From: Eledone cirrhosa
Lineage: Eukaryota
Direction of reading: 5' to 3'
NCBI GenBank assembly: GCA_964016885.1
Contig: OZ024740.1
Coordinates: forward strand, 251,968,001-252,032,000
DNA length: 64,000 nucleotides
Below are positions 28,901 through 44,300 of this stretch, in pieces. Positions within the stretch are counted from its first letter, which is position 1. Every line of letters begins with the position of its first letter. A program made the translations under genes and the position numbers. The notes under the pieces are model-generated. The model searched no databases and was not told the DNA's origin. It saw only the letters and a list, made by a program, of their open reading frames with translations.

Positions 28901-31900
28901 ACAAATTATCTCCCCCTGATTTTTTTTTACAAATTATCTCCCCCTGATTTTTTTTTTACAAATTATCTCCGCTTGATTTTTTAAAAAAAATTATCTCCCC
29001 TTGGACGGCTGGAAATTATCTCCCCTTGGACGGCTGGAAATTATCTCCCCTTGGACGGCTAGAAATTATCTCTCCTTGGACGGCTGAAAATTATCTCCCC
29101 TTGGACGGCTGCAAATTATCTCCCCTTGATTTTTTTTACAAATTATCTCCCCCTGATTTTTTTTTACAAATTATCTCCCCCTGATTTTTTTTTACAAATT
29201 ATCTACCCCTGATTTTTTTTACAAATTATCTCCCCCTGATTTTTTTTACAAATTATCTCCCCCTGATTTTTCTTTTACAAATTATCTCCCCCTGATTTTT
29301 TTACAAATTATCTCCCCCTGATTTTTTTTACAAATTATCTCCGCCTGATTTTTTTAAATATTATCTTCCCTTGGCTGGCGGGAAATTATCTCCCCTTGGA
29401 CGGCTGGAAATTATCTGCCCTTGATTTTGTTTTTACAAATTATCTTCCACTGATTTTTTTTACAAATTATCTCCACCTGATTTTTTAAAAAATTATCTCC
29501 CCTTGGAAGGCTGGAAATTATCTCCCCTTGGACGGCTAGAAATTATCTCTCTTTGGACGGCTGGAAATTATCTCCCCTTGATTTTTTTTACAAATTATCT
29601 CCCCCTGATTTTCTTTACAAATATCCCAGTGATTTTTTTAAAAAAATTATCTCCCCTTCGCTGGCTGGAAATTATCTCCCCTTGGACGCTGGAAATTATA
29701 GCCCCTTGGAGGGCTGGAAATTATCTTCCCTTGGACGGCTGGAAATTATCTCCCCTTGATTTTTTTACAAATTATCTCCCCCTGATTTTTTTTTACAAAT
29801 TATCTCCCCCTGATTTTTTTTTACAAATTATCTCCCCCTGATTTTTTTTTACAACTTATCTCCGCCTGATTTTTTTTAAAAAATCATCTCCCCTTGGACG
29901 GCTGGAAATTATCTCCCCTTGGACGGCTGGAAATTATCTCTCCTTGGACGGCTAGAAATTACCTCTCCTTGGACGGCTGAAAATTATCTCCCCTTGGACG
30001 GCTGGAAATTATCTCCCCTTGATTTTTTTTACAAATTATCTTCCCCTGATTTTTTTTACAAATTATCTCCCCTGATTTTTTTTTACAAATTATCTCCCCC
30101 TGATTTTTTTTTACAAATTATCTCCCCCTGATTTTTTTTACAAATTATCTCCCCCTGATTTTTTTACAAATTATCTCCCCTTGGCTGGCTGGAAATTATC
30201 TCCCCTTGGAGGCAGGAATTTATCTCCCCTTGGACGGCTAGAAATTACCTCTCCTTGGACGGCTGGAAAATATGTCTCCTTGGACGGCTGGAAATTATCT
30301 CCCCTTGGACGGCTGGAAATTATCTCCCCTTGGACGGCTGGAAATTATCTCCCCTTGGACGGCTAGAAATTACCTCTCCTTGGACGGCTGAAAATTATCT
30401 CCCCTTGGACGGCTGGAAATTATCTCCCCTTGATTTTTTTACAAATTATCTCCCCCTGATTTTTTTTTACAAATTATCTCCCCCTGATTTTTTTTTACAA
30501 ATTATCTCCCACTGATTTTTTTTTACAAATTATCTCCCCCTGATTTTTTTTTTACAAATTATCTCCGCCTGATTTTTTTAAAAAAATTATCTCCCCTTGG
30601 ACGGCTGGAAATTATCTCCCCTTGGACGGCTGGAAATTATCTCCCCTTGGACGGCTAGAAATTACCTCTCCTTGGACGGCTGAAAATTATCTCCCCTTGG
30701 ACGGCTGCAAATTATCTCCCCTTGATTTTTTTTACAAATTATCTCCCCCTGATTTTTTTTACAAATTATCTCCCCCTGATTTTTTTTACAAATTATCTCC
30801 CCCTGATTTTTAAAAAAAAAATTATCTCCCCTTCGCTGGCTGGAAATTATCTCCCCTTGGACGCTGGAAATTATAGCCCCTTGGAGGGCTGGAAATTATC
30901 TTCCCTTGGACGGCTGGAAATTATCTTCCCTTGGACGGCTGGAAATTATCTCCCCTTGATTTTTTTTACAAATTATCTCCCCCTGATTTTTTTTTACAAA
31001 TTATCTCCCCCTGATTTTTTTTTACAAATCATCTCCCCCTGATTTTTTTTTTACAAATTATCTCCGCTTGATTTTTTAAAAAAAATTATCTCCCCTTGGA
31101 CGGCTGGAAATTATCTCCCCTTGGACGGCTGGAAATTATCTCCCCTTGGACGGCTAGAAATTATCTCTCCTTGGACGGCTGAAAATTATCTCCCCTTGGA
31201 CGGCTGCAAATTATCTCCCCTTGATTTTTTTTACAAATTATCTCCCCCTGATTTTTTTTACAAATTATCTCCCCTGATTTTTTTTTACAAATTATCTCCC
31301 CCTGATTTTTTTTTACAAATTATCTCCCCCTGATTTTTTTTACAAATTATCTCCCCCTGATTTTTTTACAAATTATCTCCCCTTGGCTGGCTGGAAATTA
31401 TCTCCCCTTGGAGGCAGGAATTTATCTCCCCTTGGACGGCTAGAAATTACCTCTCCTTGGACGGCTGGAAAATATGTCTCCTTGGACGGCTGGAAATTAT
31501 CTCCCCTTGGACGGCTGGAAATTATCTTCCCTTGGACGGCTGGAAATTATCTCCCCTTGGACGGCTAGAAATTACCTCTCCTTGGACGGCTGAAAATTAT
31601 CTCCCCTTGGACGGCTGGAAATTATCTCCCCTTGATTTTTTTACAAATTATCTCCCCCTGATTTTTTTTTACAAATTATCTCCCCCTGATTTTTTTTACA
31701 AATTATCTCCCCCTGATTTTTTTTACAAATTATCTCCCCCTGATTTTTTTTACAAATTATCTCCGCCTGATTTTTTTAAATATTATCTCTCCTTGGCTGG
31801 CGGGAAATTATCTCCCCTTGGACGGCTGCAAATTATCTCCGCTTGATTTTTTTTACAAATTATCTCCCCCTGATTTTTTTTTACAAATTATCTCCCCCTG

Positions 31901-34900
31901 ATTTTTTTTACAAATTATCTCCCCCTGATTTTTTTTACAAATTATCTCCCCCTGATTTTTTTTTACAAATTATCTCCCCTTGATTTTTTTTTACAAATTA
32001 TCTCCCCCTGATTTTTTTTTTACAAATTATCTCCCCCTGATTTTTTTACAAATTATCTCCCCCTGATTTTTTTTACAAATTATCTCCCCCTGATTTTTTT
32101 TACAAATTATCTCCCCTTGATTTTTTTTTACAAATTATCTCCCCCTGATTTTTTTTTTACAAATTATCTCCCCCTGATTTTTTTAAAAATTATCTTCCCT
32201 TGGCTGGCGGGAAATTATCTCCCCTTGGACGGCTGGAAATTATCTCCCCTTGGAAGGATGTAAATTATCTCCCCTTGGACGGCTGGAAATTATCTCCCCT
32301 TGCACGGCTGGAAATTATCTCCCCTTGATTTTTTTTACAAATTATCTCCCCCTGATTTTTTTTTACAAATTATCTCCCCCTGATTTTTTTTTACAAATTA
32401 TCTCCCCCTGATTTTTTTTACAAATTATCTCCCCCTGATTTTAAAAAAAAAAATTATCTCCCCTTCGCTGGCTGGAAATTATCTCCCCTTGGACGCTGGA
32501 AATTATAGCCCCTTGGAGGGCTGGAAATTATCTTCCCTTGGACGGCTGGAAATTATCTTCCCTTGGACGGCTGGAAATTATCTCCCCTTGATTTTTTTTA
32601 CAAATTATCTCCCCCTGATTTTTTTTTACAAATTATCTCCCCCTGATTTTTTTTTACAAATTATCTCCCCCTGATTTTTTTTTTACAAATTATCTCCGCT
32701 TGATTTTTTAAAAAAAATTATCTCCCCTTGGACGGCTGGAAATTATCTCCCCGTGGACGGCTGGAAATTATCTCCCCTTGGACGGCTAGAAATTATCTCT
32801 CCTTGGACGGCTGAAAATTATCTCCCCTTGGACGGCTGCAAATTATCTCCCCTTGATTTTTTTTACAAATTATCTCCCCCTGATTTTTTTTTACAAATTA
32901 TCTCCCCCTGATTTTTTTTACAAATTATCTACCCCTGATTTTTTTTACAAATTATCTCTCCCTGATTTTTTTTACAAATTATCTCCCTCTGATTTTTTTT
33001 TACAAATTATCTCCCCCTGATTTTTTTTTTACAAATTATCTCCCCCTGATTTTTTTACAAATTATCTCCCCCTGATTTTTTTTACAATCTCCGCCTGATT
33101 TTTTAAAAAATTATCTTCCCTTGGCTGGCGGGAAATTATCTCCCCTTGGACGGCTTGAAATTATCTCCCCTTGGACGGCTAGAAATTATCTCTCTTTGGA
33201 CGGCTGGAAATTATCTCCCCTTGATTTTTTTTACAAATTATCTCCTCCTGATTTTTTTTACAAATTATCCCCGCATGATTTAAAAAAAAAAAATTATCTC
33301 CCCTTCGCTGGCTGGAAATTATCTCCCCTTGGACGCTGGAAATTATAGCCCCTTGGAGGGCTGGAAATTATCTTCCCTTGGACGGCTGGAAATTATCTCC
33401 CCTTGATTTTTTTTACAAATTATCTCCCCCTGATTTTTTTTTACAAATTATCTCCCCCTGATTTTTTTTTACAAATTATCTCCCCCTGATTTTTTTTTTA
33501 CAAATTATCTCCGCTTGATTTTTTAAGAAAAATTATCTCCCCTTGGACGGCTGGAAATTATCTCCCCTTGGACGGCTGGAAATTATCTCCCCTTGGACGG
33601 CTAGAAATTATCTCTCCTTGGACGGCTGAAAATTATCTCCCCTTGGACGGCTGCAAATTATCTCCCCTTGATTTTTTTTACAAATTATCTCCCCCTGATT
33701 TTTTTTTACAAATTATCTCCCCCTGATTTTTTTTTACAAATTATCTCCCCTTGATTTTTTTTACAAATTATCTCCCCCTGATTTTTTTTTTACAAATTAT
33801 CTCCCCCTGATTTTTTTACAAATTATCTCCCCCTGATTTTTTTTACAAATTATCTCCCCCTGATTTTTTTTACAAATTATCTCCCCTTGATTTTTTTTTA
33901 CAAATTATCTCCCCCTGATTTTTTTTTTACAAATTATCTCCCCCTGATTTTTTTAAAAATTATCTTCCCTTGGCTGGCGGGAAATTATCTCCCCTTGGAC
34001 GGCTGGAAATTATCTCCCCTTGGAAGGATGTAAATTATCTCCCCTTGGACGGCTGGAAATTATCTCCCTTGCACGGCTGGAAATTATCTCCCCTTGATTT
34101 TTTTTACAAATTATCTCCCCCTGATTTTTTTTTACAAATTATCTCCCCCTGATTTTTTTTTACAAATTATCTCCCCCTGATTTTTTTTACAAATTATCTC
34201 CCCCTGATTTTTAAAAAAAAAATTATCTCCCCTTCGCTGGCTGGAAATTATCTCCCCTTGGACGCTGGAAATTATAGCCCCTTGGAGGGCTGGAAATTAT
34301 CTTCCCTTGGACGGCTGGAAATTATCTTCCCTTGGACGGCTGGAAATTATCTCCCCTTGATTTTTTTTACAAATTATCTCCCCCTGATTTTTTTTTACAA
34401 ATTATCTCCCCCTGATTTTTTTTTACAAATTATCTCCCCCTGATTTTTTTTTTACAAATTATCTCCGCTTGATTTTTTAAAAAAAATTATCTCCCCTTGG
34501 ACGGCTGGAAATTATCTCCCCTTGGACGGCTGGAAATTATCTCCCCTTGGACGGCTAGAAATTATCTCTCCTTGGACGGCTGAAAATTATCTCCCCTTGG
34601 ACGGCTGCAAATTATCTCCCCTTGATTTTTTTTACAAATTATCTCCCCCTGATTTTTTTTTACAAATTATCTCCCCCTGATTTTTTTTTACAAATTATCT
34701 ACCCCTGATTTTTTTTACAAATTATCTCCCCCTGATTTTTTTTACAAATTATCTCCCCCTGATTTTTCTTTTACAAATTATCTCCCCCTGATTTTTTTAC
34801 AAATTATCTCCCCCTGATTTTTTTTACAAATTATCTCCGCCTGATTTTTTTAAATATTATCTTCCCTTGGCTGGCGGGAAATTATCTCCCCTTGGACGGC

Positions 34901-37900
34901 TGGAAATTATCTGCCCTTGATTTTGTTTTTACAAATTATCTTCCACTGATTTTTTTTACAAATTATCTCCACCTGATTTTTTAAAAAATTATCTCCCCTT
35001 GGAAGGCTGGAAATTATCTCCCCTTGGACGGCTAGAAATTATCTCTCTTTGGACGGCTGGAAATTATCTCCCCTTGATTTTTTTTACAAATTATCTCCCC
35101 CTGATTTTCTTTACAAATATCCCAGTGATTTTTTTAAAAAAATTATCTCCCCTTCGCTGGCTGGAAATTATCTCCCCTTGGACGCTGGAAATTATAGCCC
35201 CTTGGAGGGCTGGAAATTATCTTCCCTTGGACGGCTGGAAATTATCTCCCCTTGATTTTTTTACAAATTATCTCCCCCTGATTTTTTTTTACAAATTATC
35301 TCCCCCTGATTTTTTTTTACAAATTATCTCCCCCTGATTTTTTTTTACAACTTATCTCCGCCTGATTTTTTTTAAAAAATCATCTCCCCTTGGACGGCTG
35401 GAAATTATCTCCCCTTGGACGGCTGGAAATTATCTCTCCTTGGACGGCTAGAAATTACCTCTCCTTGGACGGCTGAAAATTATCTCCCCTTGGACGGCTG
35501 GAAATTATCTCCCCTTGATTTTTTTTACAAATTATCTTCCCCTGATTTTTTTTACAAATTATCTCCCCTGATTTTTTTTTACAAATTATCTCCCCCTGAT
35601 TTTTTTTTACAAATTATCTCCCCCTGATTTTTTTTACAAATTATCTCCCCCTGATTTTTTTACAAATTATCTCCCCTTGGCTGGCTGGAAATTATCTCCC
35701 CTTGGAGGCAGGAATTTATCTCCCCTTGGACGGCTAGAAATTACCTCTCCTTGGACGGCTGGAAAATATGTCTCCTTGGACGGCTGGAAATTATCTCCCC
35801 TTGGACGGCTGGAAATTATCTCCCCTTGGACGGCTGGAAATTATCTCCCCTTGGACGGCTAGAAATTACCTCTCCTTGGACGGCTGAAAATTATCTCCCC
35901 TTGGACGGCTGGAAATTATCTCCCCTTGATTTTTTTACAAATTATCTCCCCCTGATTTTTTTTTACAAATTATCTCCCCCTGATTTTTTTTTACAAATTA
36001 TCTCCCACTGATTTTTTTTTACAAATTATCTCCCCCTGATTTTTTTTTTACAAATTATCTCCGCCTGATTTTTTTAAAAAAATTATCTCCCCTTGGACGG
36101 CTGGAAATTATCTCCCCTTGGACGGCTGGAAATTATCTCCCCTTGGACGGCTAGAAATTACCTCTCCTTGGACGGCTGAAAATTATCTCCCCTTGGACGG
36201 CTGCAAATTATCTCCCCTTGATTTTTTTTACAAATTATCTCCCCCTGATTTTTTTTACAAATTATCTCCCCCTGATTTTTTTTTACAAATTATCTCCCCC
36301 TGATTTTTTTTACAAATTATCTCCCCCTGATTTTTTTTACAAATTATCTCCCCCTGATTTTTTTTACAAATTATCTCCGCCTGATTTTTTTAAATATTAT
36401 CTCTCCTTGGCTGGCGGGAAATTATCTCCCCTTGGACGGCTGCAAATTATCTCCGCTTGATTTTTTTTACAAATTATCTCCCCCTGATTTTTTTTTACAA
36501 ATTATCTCCCCCTGATTTTTTTTACAAATTATCTCCCCCTGATTTTTTTTACAAATTATCTCCCCCTGATTTTTTTTTACAAATTATCTCCCCTTGATTT
36601 TTTTTTACAAATTATCTCCCCCTGATTTTTTTTTTACAAATTATCTCCCCCTGATTTTTTTACAAATTATCTCCCCCTGATTTTTTTTACAAATTATCTC
36701 CCCCTGATTTTTTTTACAAATTATCTCCCCTTGATTTTTTTTTACAAATTATCTCCCCCTGATTTTTTTTTTACAAATTATCTCCCCCTGATTTTTTTAA
36801 AAATTATCTTCCCTTGGCTGGCGGGAAATTATCTCCCCTTGGACGGCTGGAAATTATCTCCCCTTGGAAGGATGTAAATTATCTCCCCTTGGACGGCTGG
36901 AAATTATCTCCCCTTGCACGGCTGGAAATTATCTCCCCTTGATTTTTTTTACAAATTATCTCCCCCTGATTTTTTTTTACAAATTATCTCCCCCTGATTT
37001 TTTTTTACAGATTATCTCCCCCTGATTTTTTTTACAAATTATCTCCCCCTGATTTTTAAAAAAAAAATTATCTCCCCTTCGCTGGCTGGAAATTATCTCC
37101 CCTTGGACGCTGGAAATTATAGCCCCTTGGAGGGCTGGAAATTATCTTCCCTTGGACGGCTGGAAATTATCTTCCCTTGGACGGCTGGAAATTATCTCCC
37201 CTTGATTTTTTTTACAAATTATCTCCCCCTGATTTTTTTTTACAAATTATCTCCCCCTGATTTTTTTTTACAAATTATCTCCCCCTGATTTTTTTTTTAC
37301 AAATTATCTCCGCTTGATTTTTTAAAAAAAATTATCTCCCCTTGGACGGCTGGAAATTATCTCCCCGTGGACGGCTGGAAATTATCTCCCCTTGGACGGC
37401 TAGAAATTATCTCTCCTTGGACGGCTGAAAATTATCTCCCCTTGGACGGCTGCAAATTATCTCCCCTTGATTTTTTTTACAAATTATCTCCCCCTGATTT
37501 TTTTTTACAAATTATCTCCCCCTGATTTTTTTTACAAATTATCTACCCCTGATTTTTTTTACAAATTATCTCTCCCTGATTTTTTTTACAAATTATCTCC
37601 CTCTGATTTTTTTTTACAAATTATCTCCCCCTGATTTTTTTTTTACAAATTATCTCCCCCTGATTTTTTTACAAATTAACTCCCCCTGATTTTTTTTACA
37701 ATCTCCGCCTGATTTTTTAAAAAATTATCTTCCCTTGGCTGGCGGGAAATTATCTCCCCTTGGACGGCTGGAAATTATCTCCCCTTGGACGGCTAGAAAT
37801 TATCTCTCTTTGGACGGCTGGAAATTATCTCCCCTTGATTTTTTTTACAAATTATCTCCCCCTGATTTTTTTTACAAATTATCCCCGCATGATTTAAAAA

Positions 37901-40900
37901 AAAAAAATTATCTCCCCTTCGCTGGCTGGAAATTATCTCCCCTTGGACGCTGGAAATTATAGCCCCTTGGAGGGCTGGAAATTATCTTCCCTTGGACGGC
38001 TGGAAATTATCTCCCCTTGATTTTTTTTACAAATTATCTCCCCCTGATTTTTTTTTACAAATTATCTCCCCCTGATTTTTTTTTACAAATTATCTCCCCC
38101 TGATTTTTTTTTTACAAATTATCTCCGCTTGATTTTTTAAAAAAAATTATCTCCCCTTGGACGGCTGGAAATTATCTCCCCTTGGACGGCTGGAAATTAT
38201 CTCCCCTTGGACGGCTAGAAATTATCTCTCCTTGGACGGCTGAAAATTATCTCCCCTTGGACGGCTGCAAATTATCTCCCCTTGATTTTTTTTACAAATT
38301 ATCTCCCCCTGATTTTTTTTTACAAATTATCACCCCCTGATTTTTTTTTACAAATTATCTCCCCTTGATTTTTTTTTACAAATTATCTCCCCCTGATTTT
38401 TTTTTTACAAATTATCTCCCCCTGATTTTTTTACAAATTATCTCCCCCTGATTTTTTTTACAAATTATCTCCCCCTGATTTTTTTTACAAATTATCTCCC
38501 CTTGATTTTTTTTTACAAATTATCTCCCCCTGATTTTTTTTTTACAAATTATCTCCCCCTGATTTTTTTAAAAATTATCTTCCCTTGGCTGGCGGGAAAT
38601 TATCTCCCCTTGGACGGCTGGAAATTATCTCCCCTTGGAAGGATGTAAATTATCTCCCCTTGGACGGCTGGAAATTATCTCCCTTGCACGGCTGGAAATT
38701 ATCTCCCCTTGATTTTTTTTACAAATTATCTCCCCCTGATTTTTTTTTACAAATTATCTCCCCCTGATTTTTTTTTACAAATTATCTCCCCCTGATTTTT
38801 TTTACAAATTATCTCCCCCTGATTTTTAAAAAAAAAATTATCTCCCCTTCGCTGGCTGGAAATTATCTCCCCTTGGACGCTGGAAATTATAGCCCCTTGG
38901 AGGGCTGGAAATTATCTTCCCTTGGACGGCTGGAAATTATCTTCCCTTGGACGGCTGGAAATTATCTCCCCTTGATTTTTTTTACAAATTATCTCCCCCT
39001 GATTTTTTTTTACAAATTATCTCCCCCTGATTTTTTTTTACAAATTATCTCCCCCTGATTTTTTTTTTACAAATTATCTCCGCTTGATTTTTTAAAAAAA
39101 ATTATCTCCCCTTGGACGGCTGGAAATTATCTCCCCTTGGACGGCTGGAAATTATCTCCCCTTGGACGGCTAGAAATTATCTCTCCTTGGACGGCTGAAA
39201 ATTATCTCCCCTTGGACGGCTGCAAATTATCTCCCCTTGATTTTTTTTACAAATTATCTCCCCCTGATTTTTTTTTACAAATTATCTCCCCCTGATTTTT
39301 TTTTACAAATTATCTACCCCTGATTTTTTTTACAAATTATCTCCCCCTGATTTTTTTTACAAATTATCTCCCCCTGATTTTTCTTTTACAAATTATCTCC
39401 CCCTGATTTTTTTACAAATTATCTCCCCCAGATTTTTTTTACAAATTATCTCCGCCTGATTTTTTTAAATATTATCTTCCCTTGGCTGGCGGGAAATTAT
39501 CTCCCCTTGGACGGCTGGAAATTATCTGCCCTTGATTTTGTTTTTACAAATTATCTTCCACTGATTTTTTTTACAAATTATCTCCACCTGATTTTTTAAA
39601 AAATTATCTCCCCTTGGAAGGCTGGAAATTATCTCCCCTTGGACGGCTAGAAATTATCTCTCTTTGGACGGCTGGAAATTATCTCCCCTTGATTTTTTTT
39701 ACAAATTATCTCCCCCTGATTTTCTTTACAAATATCCCAGTGATTTTTTAAAAAAAATTATCTCCCCTTCGCTGGCTGGAAATTATCTCCCCTTGGACGC
39801 TGGAAATTATAGCCCCTTGGAGGGCTGGAAATTATCTTCCCTTGGACGGCTGGAAATTATCTCCCCTTGATTTTTTTACAAATTATCTCCCCCTGATTTT
39901 TTTTTACAAATTATCTCCCCCTGATTTTTTTTTACAAATTATCTCCCCCTGATTTTTTTTTACAACTTATCTCCGCCTGATTTTTTTTAAAAAATCATCT
40001 CCCCTTGGACGGCTGGAAATTATCTCCCCTTGGACGGCTGGAAATTATCTCTCCTTGGACGGCTAGAAATTACCTCTCCTTGGACGGCTGAAAATTATCT
40101 CCCCTTGGACGGCTGGAAATTATCTCCCCTTGATTTTTTTTACAAATTATCTTCCCCTGATTTTTTTTACAAATTATCTCCCCTGATTTTTTTTTACAAA
40201 TTATCTCCCCCTGATTTTTTTTTACAAATTATCTCCCCCTGATTTTTTTTACAAATTATCTCCCCCTGATTTTTTTACAAATTATCTCCCCTTGGCTGGC
40301 TGGAAATTATCTCCCCTTGGAGGCAGGAATTTATCTCCCCTTGGACGGCTAGAAATTACCTCTCCTTGGACGGCTGGAAAATATGTCTCCTTGGACGGCT
40401 GGAAATTATCTCCCCTTGGACGGCTGGAAATTATCTCCCCTTGGACGGCTGGAAATTATCTCCCCTTGGACGGCTAGAAATTACCTCTCCTTGGACGGCT
40501 GAAAATTATCTCCCCTTGGACGGCTGGAAATTATCTCCCCTTGATTTTTTTACAAATTATCTCCCCCTGATTTTTTTTTACAAATTATCTCCCCCTGATT
40601 TTTTTTTACAAATTATCTCCCACTGATTTTTTTTTACAAATTATCTCCCCCTGATTTTTTTTTTACAAATTATCTCCGCCTGATTTTTTTAAAAAAATTA
40701 TCTCCCCTTGGACGGCTGGAAATTATCTCCCCTTGGACGGCTGGAAATTATCTCCCCTTGGACGGCTAGAAATTACCTCTCCTTGGACGGCTGAAAATTA
40801 TCTCCCCTTGGACGGCTGCAAATTATCTCCCCTTGATTTTTTTTACAAATTATCTCCCCCTGATTTTTTTTACAAATTATCTCCCCCTGATTTTTTTTAC

Positions 40901-41340
40901 AAATTATCTCCCCCTGATTTTTAAAAAAAAAATTATCTCCCCTTCGCTGGCTGGAAATTATCTCCCCTTGGACGCTGGAAATTATAGCCCCTTGGAGGGC
41001 TGGAAATTATCTTCCCTTGGACGGCTGGAAATTATCTTCCCTTGGACGGCTGGAAATTATCTCCCCTTGATTTTTTTTACAAATTATCTCCCCCTGATTT
41101 TTTTTTACAAATTATCTCCCCCTGATTTTTTTTTACAAATCATCTCCCCCTGATTTTTTTTTTACAAATTATCTCCGCTTGATTTTTTAAAAAAAATTAT
41201 CTCCCCTTGGACGGCTGGAAATTATCTCCCCTTGGACGGCTGGAAATTATCTCCCCTTGGACGGCTAGAAATTATCTCTCCTTGGACGGCTGAAAATTAT
41301 CTCCCCTTGGACGGCTGCAAATTATCTCCCCTTGATTTTT
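10990..41340 (+). repeat. Higher-order repeat, about 10.11 kb x3 (each about 4.61 kb x2 plus about 0.88 kb)
   Basis: Private variants recur at 10109-10111 spacing: CGGCTTGAAA 12931/23040/33151; TACAGATTAT (G at 16789/26899/37010); ATCACCCC (A at 18111/28221/38332); ACAAATCATC (C at 20919/31030/41141). Internal 4613-4615 offsets are seen at 12269/16882 and 15897/20511. Confidence 0.92.
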
Positions 41341-44300
41341 TTTACAAATTATCTCCCCCTGATTTTTTTTTACAAATTATCTCCCCCTGATTTTTTTTAC
41401 AAATTATCTACCCCTGATTTTTTTTACAAATTATCTCTCCCTGATTTTTTTTACAAATTATCTCCCTCTGATTTTTTTTTACAAATTATCTCCCCCTGAT
41501 TTTTTTTTTACAAATTATCTCCCCCTGATTTTTTTACAAATTAACTCCCCCTGATTTTTTTTACAATCTCCGCCTGATTTTTTAAAAAATTATCTTCCCT
41601 TGGCTGGCGGGAAATTATCTCCCCTTGGACGGCTGGAAATTATCTCCCCTTGGACGGCTAGAAATTATCTCTCTTTGGACGGCTGGAAATTATCTCCCCT
41701 TGATTTTTTTTACAAATTATCTCCCCCTGATTTTTTTTACAAATTATCCCCGCATGATTTAAAAAAAAAAAATTATCTCCCCTTCGCTGGCTGGAAATTA
41801 TCTCCCCTTGGACGCTGGAAATTATAGCCCCTTGGAGGGCTGGAAATTATCTTCCCTTGGACGGCTGGAAATTATCTCCCCTTGATTTTTTTTACAAATT
41901 ATCTCCCCCTGATTTTTTTTTACAAATTATCTCCCCCTGATTTTTTTTTACAAATTATCTCCCCCTGATTTTTTTTTTACAAATTATCTCCGCTTGATTT
42001 TTTAAAAAAAATTATCTCCCCTTGGACGGCTGGAAATTATCTCCCCTTGGACGGCTGGAAATTATCTCCCCTTGGACGGCTAGAAATTATCTCTCCTTGG
42101 ACGGCTGAAAATTATCTCCCCTTGGACGGCTGCAAATTATCTCCCCTTGATTTTTTTTACAAATTATCTCCCCCTGATTTTTTTTTACAAATTATCACCC
42201 CCTGATTTTTTTTTACAAATTATCTCCCCTTGATTTTTTTTTACAAATTATCTCCCCCTGATTTTTTTTTTACAAATTATCTCCCCCTGATTTTTTTACA
42301 AATTATCTCCCCCTGATTTTTTTTACAAATTATCTCCCCCTGATTTTTTTTACAAATTATCTCCCCTTGATTTTTTTTTACAAATTATCTCCCCCTGATT
42401 TTTTTTTTACAAATTATCTCCCCCTGATTTTTTTAAAAATTATCTTCCCTTGGCTGGCGGGAAATTATCTCCCCTTGGACGGCTGGAAATTATCTCCCCT
42501 TGGAAGGATGTAAATTATCTCCCCTTGGACGGCTGGAAATTATCTCCCTTGCACGGCTGGAAATTATCTCCCCTTGATTTTTTTTACAAATTATCTCCCC
42601 CTGATTTTTTTTTACAAATTATCTCCCCCTGATTTTTTTTTACAAATTATCTCCCCCTGATTTTTTTTACAAATTATCTCCCCCTGATTTTTAAAAAAAA
42701 AATTATCTCCCCTTCGCTGGCTGGAAATTATCTCCCCTTGGACGCTGGAAATTATAGCCCCTTGGAGGGCTGGAAATTATCTTCCCTTGGACGGCTGGAA
42801 ATTATCTTCCCTTGGACGGCTGGAAATTATCTCCCCTTGATTTTTTTTACAAATTATCTCCCCCTGATTTTTTTTTACAAATTATCTCCCCCTGATTTTT
42901 TTTTACAAATTATCTCCCCCTGATTTTTTTTTTACAAATTATCTCCGCTTGATTTTTTAAAAAAAATTATCTCCCCTTGGACGGCTGGAAATTATCTCCC
43001 CTTGGACGGCTGGAAATTATCTCCCCTTGGACGGCTAGAAATTATCTCTCCTTGGACGGCTGAAAATTATCTCCCCTTGGACGGCTGCAAATTATCTCCC
43101 CTTGATTTTTTTTACAAATTATCTCCCCCTGATTTTTTTTTACAAATTATCTCCCCCTGATTTTTTTTTACAAATTATCTACCCCTGATTTTTTTTACAA
43201 ATTATCTCCCCCTGATTTTTTTTACAAATTATCTCCCCCTGATTTTTCTTTTACAAATTATCTCCCCCTGATTTTTTTACAAATTATCTCCCCCTGATTT
43301 TTTTTACAAATTATCTCCGCCTGATTTTTTTAAATATTATCTTCCCTTGGCTGGCGGGAAATTATCTCCCCTTGGACGGCTGGAAATTATCTGCCCTTGA
43401 TTTTGTTTTTACAAATTATCTTCCACTGATTTTTTTTACAAATTATCTCCACCTGATTTTTTAAAAAATTATCTCCCCTTGGAAGGCTGGAAATTATCTC
43501 CCCTTGGACGGCTAGAAATTATCTCTCTTTGGACGGCTGGAAATTATCTCCCCTTGATTTTTTTTACAAATTATCTCCCCCTGATTTTCTTTACAAATAT
43601 CCCAGTGATTTTTTTAAAAAAATTATCTCCCCTTCGCTGGCTGGAAATTATCTCCCCTTGGACGCTGGAAATTATAGCCCCTTGGAGGGCTGGAAATTAT
43701 CTTCCCTTGGACGGCTGGAAATTATCTCCCCTTGATTTTTTTACAAATTATCTCCCCCTGATTTTTTTTTACAAATTATCTCCCCCTGATTTTTTTTTAC
43801 AAATTATCTCCCCCTGATTTTTTTTTACAACTTATCTCCGCCTGATTTTTTTTAAAAAATCATCTCCCCTTGGACGGCTGGAAATTATCTCCCCTTGGAC
43901 GGCTGGAAATTATCTCTCCTTGGACGGCTAGAAATTACCTCTCCTTGGACGGCTGAAAATTATCTCCCCTTGGACGGCTGGAAATTATCTCCCCTTGATT
44001 TTTTTTACAAATTATCTTCCCCTGATTTTTTTTACAAATTATCTCCCCTGATTTTTTTTTACAAATTATCTCCCCCTGATTTTTTTTTACAAATTATCTC
44101 CCCCTGATTTTTTTTACAAATTATCTCCCCCTGATTTTTTTACAAATTATCTCCCCTTGGCTGGCTGGAAATTATCTCCCCTTGGAGGCAGGAATTTATC
44201 TCCCCTTGGACGGCTAGAAATTACCTCTCCTTGGACGGCTGGAAAATATGTCTCCTTGGACGGCTGGAAATTATCTCCCCTTGGACGGCTGGAAATTATC